NCBI GenBank assembly: GCA_035380245.1
Contig: DAOSXA010000002.1
Location: forward strand, 268,625-332,624
Origin: Candidatus Zixiibacteriota bacterium
Lineage (GTDB): Bacteria; Zixibacteria; MSB-5A5; GN15; FEB-12
Direction: 5' to 3'
DNA length: 64,000 nucleotides
In this document: positions 45,961 to 54,856 of the stretch, one piece after another
Layout: each line of letters opens with the position of its first letter
Position numbering within the stretch: the stretch's first letter is position 1
Translations under genes and position numbers: made by a program
The notes under the pieces: model-generated
Seen by the model: only the letters and a program-made list of their open reading frames with translations
Database searches by the model: none
Told to the model about the DNA's origin: nothing

Positions 45961-45976
45961 TGCAAGGTCCGTGCCA
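45961..45976 (-). promoter_or_regulatory. Consensus sigma54 promoter of the flgB-...-fliJ operon
   Basis: Minus strand reads tTTGGCAC-ggacc-TTGCAATAGG, a full match to TGGCAC-N5-TTGCA. It lies about 40 nt upstream of the flgB ATG. Confidence 0.8.
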
Positions 45977-46095
45977 AACACTTCCCCAATGCGATAACAT
46001 ACTGGTTTACAAGATATTACGAGCAACAGAAAGCACCCGAGCTATGTTTATTGGCTCGCTGCGAAGGCTCCTGTTTCCAATGCGATGGGAAAAGA

Positions 46096-46842
46096 TTACT
46101 CACCTGATGCGAGATTATAGATATTTGCGGTCGGTTCCTTCATGGATAACTCCATAGTAAGAATGACCACATCCACTCGCCGGTTAACCGCTCGATTTTC
46201 AATTGAATTGTTGGGACGAATCGGTCGGTACTCACCATACCCCAGGGCCGATACGCGCCAGGGATCGATACCGTAGTTCTCGATGAAGAACTTAACCACT
46301 TCCGTCGCGCGTGAGGACGACAATTCCCAGTTCGACGGAAACCGTACCGTATGGATATCGCGATCGTCGGTGTGCCCCTCCACCCGGACATGGTTGGGAA
46401 TATCGACAATTTCTTCTGCGACCATATCAAGAATATCGAGAGCCCGCCCTTGCAAATCGGCCGAACCCTCTTCGAACAAGGCCGACTCCATTATATGTAC
46501 CACCAGACCGCGTTCGGTAATCTCGGTCTTGAGTTCCTGATCACGACCGAGCTTATCGAAACGTTTCTCAATTTTGTTCTGAATCATCCGCAGGTTGCCC
46601 AGCTTAAGCAAGCCGTGTCCTTTGCTGGGATCCGGTTCGTCGAATTTGGATACGACATTGTCGCCGCCCCGCAGAACGCCGTTGAGCGCCTCGGCCATTT
46701 TGCCGAATTTCTTGGCGTCAACCGCGGACATTGAATACATAACGATAAAAAACGCCAGCAACAACGTGATCATATCGGCATAGGTCAGCAGCCAGCGCTC
46801 CTGGTTTTCTTTGGGATCAGCTTTGGAACGGTGTCGGGGCAT
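46096..46842 (-). CDS. motB: Flagellar stator protein MotB
   Basis: 248 aa. WLLTYADMITLLLAFFIVMY is the TM helix with the conserved Asp. OmpA-like C-terminus (VEGHTDD...NRRVDVVI). Confidence 0.9.
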   Translation of the reverse strand: MPRHRSKADPKENQERWLLTYADMITLLLAFFIVMYSMSAVDAKKFGKMAEALNGVLRGGDNVVSKFDEPDPSKGHGLLKLGNLRMIQNKIEKRFDKLGRDQELKTEITERGLVVHIMESALFEEGSADLQGRALDILDMVAEEIVDIPNHVRVEGHTDDRDIHTVRFPSNWELSSSRATEVVKFFIENYGIDPWRVSALGYGEYRPIRPNNSIENRAVNRRVDVVILTMELSMKEPTANIYNLASGE

Positions 46843-46843
46843 C

Positions 46844-47608
46844 TTACAGCTCGTTGCGTCGTTTTTGCGGAGCCACGAACGAGATCAGTCTGGTGCGGAT
46901 ATTTCTCGGCGTTTCACCGGACTGTAACGCGATTACACCTTCCATTATCAGCTCCAGGTGAGTCACTTCTTCTTCATGGCGAAGTTTCAGCTTGTCTGAA
47001 ATCGGCAAAAAGAACAGGTTAGCCAGACCTACACCCCAGAGCGTGGCAATAAACGCGCTGGCTATCGAAGCGGCCATGCGGTCGGCTTCGGTGGCATTGG
47101 CCAGGGTATGAACCAGCCCCAGAACTGTTCCGAGGATACCCATCGTGGGGGCAAATCCGCCGGCTTTGTTGAACAAATAGATCCCGACCTTATGACGTTC
47201 TTCTTTATAGGCGATCTCCGTTTCGAGAATCTCCCGCAACGCCGTCACCTCCGTGCCGTCAATCACCAACTGCATCGCTTTTTTGAAAAACTTGTCACGC
47301 ATACCGCGCGTTAGCGTCTCGAGACCAAGAATGCCGTCGCGACGGGCTTTCTCGGCCAGATGAACGATCAGGTCGATAGTGCGGTTGGCATCGAAGCGCC
47401 GACGAAAAGCCGCAATCCTCAGATAAGTCGGAATCTTAAGAACGGCTGTCATCGAGGTTGTGATCGTCGTCGCCCCGAGTGTTCCGCCGACCACTATTAA
47501 TATAGGGGCGGTTAAAAAGATGGCATCAAGCGAGCCGCCTTCCAGCACAAAAGCGCCGGTAATAGCTCCTATAGCGGTGATGATGCCGAGAATCGTAGCT
47601 AGATCCAT
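46844..47608 (-). CDS. motA: Flagellar stator protein MotA
   Basis: 254 aa, four TM segments. C-terminal region AFIATLWGVGLANLFFLPI is typical of MotA/TolQ/ExbB. Followed by motB after 1 nt. Confidence 0.9.
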   Translation of the reverse strand: MDLATILGIITAIGAITGAFVLEGGSLDAIFLTAPILIVVGGTLGATTITTSMTAVLKIPTYLRIAAFRRRFDANRTIDLIVHLAEKARRDGILGLETLTRGMRDKFFKKAMQLVIDGTEVTALREILETEIAYKEERHKVGIYLFNKAGGFAPTMGILGTVLGLVHTLANATEADRMAASIASAFIATLWGVGLANLFFLPISDKLKLRHEEEVTHLELIMEGVIALQSGETPRNIRTRLISFVAPQKRRNEL

Positions 47609-47673
47609 GCTATCCGTTCCTTAATGCGAACATGTTCCATAACGTTGGGCAGATTTCTGCCTCATGTAAGGAG

Positions 47674-47699
47674 TTATCGGCAGGGCTTTAGCTTTTTGA
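47674..47699 (-). promoter_or_regulatory. Sigma28-type promoter of motAB
   Basis: Minus strand reads TCAA-N14-GCCGATAA, a perfect -10 element. It lies about 60 nt upstream of the motA ATG and just downstream of the terminator. Confidence 0.6.
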
Positions 47700-47747
47700 A
47701 GCGGAAATGATCAAAAAACGAACAGAATTTTCGTATCACATTCCATG

Positions 47748-47771
47748 AAAAAACCCCGGACAAGCCGGGGT
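47748..47771 (-). terminator. Rho-independent terminator ending the che/two-component string
   Basis: Minus strand reads ACCCCGG-cuugu-CCGGGGU followed by UUUUUU, 26 nt after the EBP stop codon. Confidence 0.8.
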
Positions 47772-47797
47772 CGTTTTCTATGCGATGACCGCAACGG

Positions 47798-49153
47798 TCA
47801 TTTGAAGGCATCCTTCATATTATATTCCGCCAGTTTGTTGCGGATAGTGCGCGTAGTAATCCCGAGTGCTTCGGCCGCTCGTGTTTTGTTGCCGTTATAC
47901 TTCTCGAGCGTCTTGAGAATCAGATACTTACTGCCTTCTTCGAGCTTCATCGGCACTTTCAGGGCCGGAACGTCATCGGCAATCGGACCAAGCGCCAGAT
48001 CGGCCGGGAAGTCATCATCGGTTAACATGTTGGTTTTCGAGGTAACCACCGCCCGCTCCACCAGATTTTCCAGTTCGCGGACATTACCGGGCCAATGGTA
48101 ACTCATGAACAAACGCAGGGCATCCGGTTCGATTCCCCGAATCTCCTTGTCGTTCTCAGTGTTGTATTTATCGATGAAATGCTGTACCAGCAGCGGGATA
48201 TCCTCAGCTCGCTCTTCGAGCGGACAAAGATGGATCGGGATTACGTTCAGACGATAGAAAAGATCCTCACGGAATTTGCCCGCAGCGATATACTCTTTGA
48301 GGTTGCGATTGGAAGTGGCAATCAGGCGCACATCAACCTGGATCGTTTCACTCGAGCCAACCCGTTCGAACTCGCGCTCCTGAATAACGCGCAACAACTT
48401 GGATTGCAGATTCAAGGGCATCTCGGAGATTTCATCGAGCAACAATGTCCCGCCGTCGGCCAGTTCAAAACGACCTCGACGCGTCTTCTTGGCATCGGTA
48501 AAAGCTCCCTTTTCAAATCCGAAAAGCTCTGCCTCAACCAGATTCTCCGGCAAAGCGGCACAGTTAAGCTTGATAAAGGGTGCTTCGGACCGATTGGAGG
48601 TCTGGTGAATCGCCCGTGCCACCAATTCCTTTCCGGTACCGGAAGGACCGGTAATCATAACCGTCGAGCGAGCCGAGGCAACCGATTCGATCAGGTCAAA
48701 CACCTCTTTCATCACTTTTGACTTACCGACGATATTCTGATACTTGGAAGCTAAATCACGACGCAACGAGGCATTTTCCGAGCGGAGAGTGAGTGTCTCG
48801 GTGATGCGATTCATCATATTTTCGAGCGGCTCGGGCATAACCGGCTTGAGCAGGAAATCATACGCCCCAAGCTTGATTGCCCTGACTGCGGTCTCGATCG
48901 TTCCGAACGCGGTCATCATAACCACGGCCGTTTCGGGAGAACGCTCCTTGATTGCCTCAATCACCTCCAGACCGTCCATTCCATCCATTTTATAGTCAGT
49001 CAGGACTATGTCCGTCGGGCGTTGTTCGAACTCCTCAATGGCCTCTTCCCCGGAATAGACACCGCGACAGTCGTAATCTGCCCGCTGCAGCGTTTCGATG
49101 AGGAAGTCATGCACCAGCCTGTCGTCGTCTACCACCAACACTGAGTATTTCAT
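47798..49153 (-). CDS. Sigma54-dependent response regulator (REC + AAA+ + Fis-type HTH), FlgR/FlrC-like
   Basis: 451 aa. Receiver (VLVVDDD...VLTDYKMDGMDG...LLKP). Walker A GPSGTGKE, sigma54-contact loop GAFTDA, C-terminal HTH (RAAEALGITTRTIRNKL). Confidence 0.9.
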   Translation of the reverse strand: MKYSVLVVDDDRLVHDFLIETLQRADYDCRGVYSGEEAIEEFEQRPTDIVLTDYKMDGMDGLEVIEAIKERSPETAVVMMTAFGTIETAVRAIKLGAYDFLLKPVMPEPLENMMNRITETLTLRSENASLRRDLASKYQNIVGKSKVMKEVFDLIESVASARSTVMITGPSGTGKELVARAIHQTSNRSEAPFIKLNCAALPENLVEAELFGFEKGAFTDAKKTRRGRFELADGGTLLLDEISEMPLNLQSKLLRVIQEREFERVGSSETIQVDVRLIATSNRNLKEYIAAGKFREDLFYRLNVIPIHLCPLEERAEDIPLLVQHFIDKYNTENDKEIRGIEPDALRLFMSYHWPGNVRELENLVERAVVTSKTNMLTDDDFPADLALGPIADDVPALKVPMKLEEGSKYLILKTLEKYNGNKTRAAEALGITTRTIRNKLAEYNMKDAFK

Positions 49154-50487
49154 TTAGTTTGCTCCATGCTTACTGAATCGCATCGGGCCGGCAGCAACAG
49201 GTGAAAAGCTGCCCCTCCCAACGGTCCGTCGTCGACAAAAACCTCGCCTCCATGAGCTTTGACAACTTTCCAGACAACGGCCAATCCCAGGCCGTTGCCG
49301 CCTTTTCTAATCGAGAAAAAGGGCGAGAATACTCGCTCCCGGTATTCGCGTTTTATTCCCGGGCCGGAATCGTGAACAATCACCTCGACTACGGTTTCGT
49401 CGTTGTCAAGCAGCAGCCGCTCACCTAGCTCACGGCGTGCTTCGATCACCGACCAGCGTTTGACTTCCAGACCCACAACGCCTTCCCCTTTGATCGCCTG
49501 GACTGCGTTTTGAAGAAGATTAATCACAGCCTGCTTGATCAGAATGGGATCAAATTGCAACGACAACGACTCATTATTAACTGAACGATCGACCTCAAAA
49601 CTGACATCACCGATTTTCCCTCGATTTTCAGCGGTATACCGATCAACCGTATCCACCAGGAATTTTCGCATATCGAGGTAAGTCTTATTAATTTCTTCGA
49701 AACGTGTATAATTTAAAAGGGTCGACACCGTTTTATTCAGTGTCTCTACCCCCTTCACTATCTTGGTCGCGGTTTTGTGACGGCTATCCTCCTCATCCAG
49801 ATCCCGCTGGAGCAACGCCGCAAATCCGGCTATCCCGTTTAGAGGATTGCGGACCTCATGGGCAATCGTGGCCGCCATTTCACCCAGCGCCGCCAGGGTA
49901 TTCAGGCGCGCCAGCTCACTCTCCATTCGCTTTACCCGAGTCAGGTCGTGAAGGACCTCAACCGCACCCGACAACTGACCCTCAGCATCACGCATGAGAG
50001 TCGTTGAAACCGATAGATGCACCGACCGACCGTTCGTCAGCACCACCTGCCGCTCGACAGAATCTACCGTCTCACCCGTTTCAGTTGCTCGTAAGGCGCT
50101 GGCTTTGGGGGCATTTCCCAGGGGAATAGTCTTGCGGTATGACTTCCCCAGCACTGCCGCCTGTCCTATTTGCAGAATCGCAGCCGCGGCCGGATTAAAA
50201 TGAGTGATACAACCGTCACGATCAACTGCGATCACACCGGCCGACAACGAGTTAAGAATTCCATTCAGAAACTCCGTGGCAACCAGGTTGCGCTCGCTCA
50301 ATTCCACCAGGCGTTGATTAGCGCGTGCCAACTGCTCGTTTTGAGCACTAAACTCATCCTTGAGTTCAATATACTGACGCTGGAGTGAGTTGATTACTCG
50401 ATTGAAAGCAGCATAGGAATCTGTAAAACGGGAAATATCTTCCGTGTTCTCGGGGCGTGTTAACGTTACTTTTTTTGTGTTGTCCAT
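49150..50487 (-). CDS. Cytoplasmic coiled-coil/PAS sensor histidine kinase, FlgS/FlrB-like
   Basis: 445 aa with no TM segment. PAS-like region (GVIAVDRDGCITHFNPAAAAIL), H-box TIAHEVRNPLNGI, and HATPase (DSGPGI...GNGLGLAVV). Overlaps the EBP start by 4 nt. Confidence 0.85.
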   Translation of the reverse strand: MDNTKKVTLTRPENTEDISRFTDSYAAFNRVINSLQRQYIELKDEFSAQNEQLARANQRLVELSERNLVATEFLNGILNSLSAGVIAVDRDGCITHFNPAAAAILQIGQAAVLGKSYRKTIPLGNAPKASALRATETGETVDSVERQVVLTNGRSVHLSVSTTLMRDAEGQLSGAVEVLHDLTRVKRMESELARLNTLAALGEMAATIAHEVRNPLNGIAGFAALLQRDLDEEDSRHKTATKIVKGVETLNKTVSTLLNYTRFEEINKTYLDMRKFLVDTVDRYTAENRGKIGDVSFEVDRSVNNESLSLQFDPILIKQAVINLLQNAVQAIKGEGVVGLEVKRWSVIEARRELGERLLLDNDETVVEVIVHDSGPGIKREYRERVFSPFFSIRKGGNGLGLAVVWKVVKAHGGEVFVDDGPLGGAAFHLLLPARCDSVSMEQTK

Positions 50488-50555
50488 CTACCTTCCCAAC
50501 CTCTTATCAGGGGGCACGAAGCGCACTTATGGGAAAGCAATCAACAAAAACTTGA

Positions 50556-51674
50556 TCAGAAGTAAGAGAGTAATTCGTCCGCGATCTCATCAATGGGAAC
50601 AATATGATCAGCTAGACCGGCGTTGATCGCCGCTTTTGGCATGCCATAAACCACGCAGGTAGCCTCGTTTTGTGCTATTACGATGCCTCCCTTGTTTTTG
50701 ACATCCTTAAGACCATCCAGACCATTACTCCCCATTCCGGTCAGGATAGCGGCCATCGTAAACTTACCGTAGCGCTCGGCTACCGACTTTAAGGTATTGT
50801 CAATACATGGCTTATAGATCGCTGATGGCGGATAATCGCTGACTACTACATGTTGCCCCGTACTGGAGCGTGCCAGCGCCATCTGCTTACCACCGGGTGC
50901 TATCAGGACTGTTCCCGGACTTACCGGATCGCCGCTGATTGCCAGCCGAACCGTTACCTTTGAAACCCGGTCCAACCGATCAGCCAGCGGCTGAGAAAAA
51001 GCAGCCGGCATGTGTTGAACGACAATTACTCCCACCGGAAGATTCCGCGGCAACCGGGCAATCACGGCTTCCAGAGCTGGCGGGCCACCGGTAGATGCGC
51101 CAATAACTATCACGTTGATATGATGATAGCGGTGCTGGTGTCTCCTGCGAGGTTTCCATTCCGGCGCTGCCGCTTGTCCTGAAATCAGTTTTGCCGACTC
51201 GTCGTGTGCTTTCTTCAATTGCAGTATCTGACGACTGCGATACATTGCCATCAGGAGGCTTTTACGACGGCCGATATCCTTAATTTTGGCCAGTAATTCA
51301 TCCTTAATTTTGACAATGTCAATGCTGACAAACGACTGCCCTTTAGCAATATAGTCTATTGCCCCCATCGCCAGGGCATCCAGGGTGGCGCCGGCGCCTT
51401 CCGTAGTCATGGAAGAAACCATTAATACCGGAGTAGGATTGTGTTGCATGATTTGTCGAAGAGCGGCGATACCGTCCATGCGTGGCATCTCCACATCCAT
51501 CGTGACCAGGTCAGGCTTCAGACGTTTGGTTTTCTCCACTGCCTCTTCCCCGTCACGGGCCGTGCCGATCACCTTAATCGCCGGATCGGATTCCAGCATT
51601 ATCGTTAAGGCCTTCCGCATGAAAGCGGAGTCATCGACTACGAGAACACTTACTTGTCCGGCTGTTTGTTGCAT
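50556..51674 (-). CDS. cheB: Chemotaxis response regulator protein-glutamate methylesterase CheB
   Basis: REC (VLVVDDSAFMR...TMDVEMPRMDG), a long basic linker, and the catalytic domain (VIGASTGGPPAL...QHMP...DGMP). I place the start at the ATG at 51674 (MQQTAGQ...). The track start at 51737 would overlap cheA by 59 nt. Confidence 0.9.
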   Translation of the reverse strand: MQQTAGQVSVLVVDDSAFMRKALTIMLESDPAIKVIGTARDGEEAVEKTKRLKPDLVTMDVEMPRMDGIAALRQIMQHNPTPVLMVSSMTTEGAGATLDALAMGAIDYIAKGQSFVSIDIVKIKDELLAKIKDIGRRKSLLMAMYRSRQILQLKKAHDESAKLISGQAAAPEWKPRRRHQHRYHHINVIVIGASTGGPPALEAVIARLPRNLPVGVIVVQHMPAAFSQPLADRLDRVSKVTVRLAISGDPVSPGTVLIAPGGKQMALARSSTGQHVVVSDYPPSAIYKPCIDNTLKSVAERYGKFTMAAILTGMGSNGLDGLKDVKNKGGIVIAQNEATCVVYGMPKAAINAGLADHIVPIDEIADELLSYF

Positions 51675-51678
51675 GTTT

Positions 51679-53415
51679 TCAGGCTGGAACGTGTGAGGTT
51701 TGCTTTTTAACGAGATTGAACAGCCCCACCAAATCAACGATCAAGCGAACTCGGCCATCCCCCATAATGGTGGCGCCGGTTATCCCGGAGTCATTCCCGA
51801 TGAGATCACCCATCGACTTGATTACGACCTCTTCCTGTCCCTGAAAGCGGTCTATCATAATTCCCATCTTTTTATCGGCTAATCCGACCACTACCACATA
51901 CGGCTTCTCAGTGAGTACGTTGTTTGAAGATACTTTGCCGTAAACCGAGGCGAGGTTGACAATCGGGATTACTTCATCGCGAAGCCTCAATACCGGTCGA
52001 CGGTTCATCTGGTGCACGGCGGATGCTTCCATCCGGATCGTTTCAATCACCGATGCCAGCGGCAATACATACACTTCCCCGTCAGTCTCCACCAGCAATC
52101 CCCTGATAATCGCCAGTGTCAGCGGCAGTTTTATTGTCATCGTGGTTCCCACGAACGGCTCTGACTGAAGCTCGATAATCCCGTTCAGCTTCTCGATATT
52201 GGTCCGCACCACATCCATCCCTACCCCTCGTCCGGATATCCCGGTGACGGCTCTGGCGGTAGAGAATCCCGCTTGAAACACGAAATCGAATACCTGTCGC
52301 TCGGTGAGTTTCTCCGACTCGATCGGATCGATCATACCGCGCTCTATCGCTTTCAGACGTACCGCCTCGTGATTTATCCCCCGCCCGTCATCTCGCACGG
52401 TCACGACGATGTTGGAACCTTCTTGTCGGGCATCGAGCCAGATATTCCCGACTTCGGATTTCCCATGCTTCAAGCGCATCTCGGGTGATTCGATACCATG
52501 ATCGCAGGCATTACGAATGACATGCATCAGCGGATCACTGATTTCCTCGATGACGGTTTTATCCAGCTCCGTCTCCTGTCCCGAGATATGAAGATCGATT
52601 TGCTTTCCGACTTCCCTTGAAAGGTCACGCACCTGGCGCGGGAAACGAGCGAATACCCGACCGATCGGCAACATACGCATCTTCATGACCGCCATCTGTA
52701 TTTCAGTAGTCAGGAAACTGACTGTGGTCGAGGCTTGCCCTACGGCTTCGAGACGATGTTGATTTGGCATCTCAACCGAAGCCTGTGAAACGCTCTGTAC
52801 CAGGCTGTTTCGTCCGAGAACCAGTTCTCCGATCAGGTTTATCAGATGATCCAGACGATCGACATCCACCCGTATGGTATGATCGGCAGATTTACTGCGC
52901 CCGGCTGTTTCTTCTTTCGACTGCCTGGCTTCTTCTACATCCGATTCGGATTGGACCGTTTCGGCAACTGCCGCGTCATTCGGTTCGACCGGATCGGGCT
53001 CCGATCTTTCGCTCTGGTAAATCGCATCCAGACGTTTCAGGATATTATCCTGGTCAGGAGGAGAAAGCGATTCGTCTCTTATCGAATCGAGCGTGACCTT
53101 AAGTAAATCAAGCCCTTCAAGCAGAGTATCCATTATTATGGGAGTAAGACTCAGGCTATGCTTGCGCAACCGATTCAGAACATCTTCCATTTTGTGGGTT
53201 AGCCCGGTAACGGCTTCAAGACCAAGAAAACTGGAAGTGCCTTTGATAGTATGAACTGCGCGGAATATCTCGTTAAGCAGATCGGGATTATCGGGTGATG
53301 CTTCGAGGTCAACGAACCTGCTGTCCAGCGTTTCGGCCAATTCATCCGCTTCGATCAGGAAATCACCGATAATTTCCTGCATTTGCTCCATGTCAAGATC
53401 GGTATTGTTTCCCAT
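51679..53415 (-). CDS. cheA: Chemotaxis histidine kinase CheA (P1-P3-P4-P5, no P2)
   Basis: 578 aa. Hpt domain with FRAVHTIKGTS, an acidic linker, a dimerisation region (IRVDVDRLDHLINLIGELV), HATPase (HVIRNACDHGIE...DDGRGI...GRGVGMDV) and a CheW-like C-terminus. Confidence 0.9.
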   Translation of the reverse strand: MGNNTDLDMEQMQEIIGDFLIEADELAETLDSRFVDLEASPDNPDLLNEIFRAVHTIKGTSSFLGLEAVTGLTHKMEDVLNRLRKHSLSLTPIIMDTLLEGLDLLKVTLDSIRDESLSPPDQDNILKRLDAIYQSERSEPDPVEPNDAAVAETVQSESDVEEARQSKEETAGRSKSADHTIRVDVDRLDHLINLIGELVLGRNSLVQSVSQASVEMPNQHRLEAVGQASTTVSFLTTEIQMAVMKMRMLPIGRVFARFPRQVRDLSREVGKQIDLHISGQETELDKTVIEEISDPLMHVIRNACDHGIESPEMRLKHGKSEVGNIWLDARQEGSNIVVTVRDDGRGINHEAVRLKAIERGMIDPIESEKLTERQVFDFVFQAGFSTARAVTGISGRGVGMDVVRTNIEKLNGIIELQSEPFVGTTMTIKLPLTLAIIRGLLVETDGEVYVLPLASVIETIRMEASAVHQMNRRPVLRLRDEVIPIVNLASVYGKVSSNNVLTEKPYVVVVGLADKKMGIMIDRFQGQEEVVIKSMGDLIGNDSGITGATIMGDGRVRLIVDLVGLFNLVKKQTSHVPA

Positions 53416-53433
53416 ACGCCCGCTGTCCCGGCG

Positions 53434-54027
53434 CTACGATTCGTCCTTGGGTGAGAACAGGTTGTCGATATCCTCCTGTGCGGTGCGCTTGGTCACCAGA
53501 TCGGCATTGGGATCGAACACTCGTTCGCGGTGGCGATCATTATCCTCACCCTGGTCATCGTAACCCTGCATCACCGTTAGAATACGGCGCAACTTGTTCT
53601 CGATATCTTCAAGCAACCAGGCGGCATGGTTCATTTGTTGAGCGGTAATATCCTGAAACTGGAGGTTGTCGACCAACGTGTAAGTATCATCGAGATTATG
53701 ATTGGCATGTTCGATGAGTCTGTCAATCAGATCTCGGAAATGGGTCATATCTTTTCCTTCGATCTGTGGTCTCAAATGACTTAGCCCATCGATCGTAGCC
53801 TCTTCGCGTGCTTGAATCTGTTCGATCATATCCAACATTCGCTGGGTCGCGGCTTCCGTCTGTTCGTTGATCTTGTCCAGTTGTCTGGTTGCTTTGGGGA
53901 CTTTGGCCTGACTTTCAGCCAACGGTCGCTGGATATCACGAAACTGACCAACCACGTTGTTAATCGACTTGGCCAGTTCGAACACCTCGTTTTGTATCTG
54001 GTTCTGCAGATTACTGGAATCCGACAT
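53434..54027 (-). CDS. cheZ: CheZ-like CheY-P phosphatase
   Basis: 197 aa, helical. The motif LQFQDITAQQMNH matches the CheZ catalytic FQDLTGQ region. The acidic C-terminal tail EDIDNLF resembles the CheY-binding peptide. Confidence 0.6.
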   Translation of the reverse strand: MSDSSNLQNQIQNEVFELAKSINNVVGQFRDIQRPLAESQAKVPKATRQLDKINEQTEAATQRMLDMIEQIQAREEATIDGLSHLRPQIEGKDMTHFRDLIDRLIEHANHNLDDTYTLVDNLQFQDITAQQMNHAAWLLEDIENKLRRILTVMQGYDDQGEDNDRHRERVFDPNADLVTKRTAQEDIDNLFSPKDES

Positions 54028-54053
54028 CTTTATCTCCTTACCTGCCCTAAGCC

Positions 54054-54431
54054 TCAGTCGGCCAGGATCTGCTCTATTTTTTGTTTCAGGGTATCCGGCG
54101 TGAACGGTTTTACGATATAGTTGTTCACTCCGGCTTTCAGGGCCTGCACGATGTCATCCTTGACCGAACGCGTCGTCACCATCAGGATCGGCAAGGTTTT
54201 ATACTCTTCGGTTGCACGAAGCGTATGAACAAAAGTCAGGCCGTCCATTTCCGGCATATTCCAGTCGGTAATAATAAAATCGTAATTATCTATCTTCATC
54301 TTGGCCAGGGCATCCTTGCCGTCGGTGGCTTCTTTGATATCGTTGTAGCCGGCTCGTCTGAGCGTGTTGATAATTATGCGCCGCATCGTCGGGCTGTCAT
54401 CCACGGCTAGTATTTTTATATCGTGCACCAT
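54054..54431 (-). CDS. cheY: Chemotaxis response regulator CheY
   Basis: 125 aa. ILAVDDSPTMRRI...ITDWNMPEMDG...MVTT...VKPFT is the classical CheY pattern. Confidence 0.9.
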   Translation of the reverse strand: MVHDIKILAVDDSPTMRRIIINTLRRAGYNDIKEATDGKDALAKMKIDNYDFIITDWNMPEMDGLTFVHTLRATEEYKTLPILMVTTRSVKDDIVQALKAGVNNYIVKPFTPDTLKQKIEQILAD

Positions 54432-54436
54432 ACCTC

Positions 54437-54856
54437 CTATTGTGCTTCATCTGCCTGCTTCAGGAATTTGGACACTTCCTCCAGGAGCAACGAGCTCTTG
54501 AATGGTTTGACCAGATAAGATGTCGCTCCGACTTCCATGCCGCGATCGATATCCGAGTCCTCGGATTCCGAACTGAGAATGATAATCGGTGTTTCCCGAT
54601 GCATTTCATTGGCGCGAAGAGTGGAGATTAGGCCGTAGCCGTCAAGGTTCGGCATATTGAGATCGGTTATGACGAGATCAACCCGCCCCCCCTGATTCGA
54701 GAGCTTCTCGACCGCATCCATTCCATCACAGGCAGTGATAACCTCGTACCCACTTTGTTTGAGCGAAAACGCTACGAACTTCACCAAAGTAGGAGAGTCA
54801 TCGACAATCATGATTGTCTGTGACATCGCATTTCGTCCTGTATCTGCGTTGTTCAT
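54437..54856 (-). CDS. Stand-alone receiver (CheY-like) protein
   Basis: 139 aa. IMIVDDSPT...VITDLNMPNLDG...ILSS...LVKPF. All phospho-acceptor pocket residues are present. Confidence 0.85.
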   Translation of the reverse strand: MNNADTGRNAMSQTIMIVDDSPTLVKFVAFSLKQSGYEVITACDGMDAVEKLSNQGGRVDLVITDLNMPNLDGYGLISTLRANEMHRETPIIILSSESEDSDIDRGMEVGATSYLVKPFKSSLLLEEVSKFLKQADEAQ

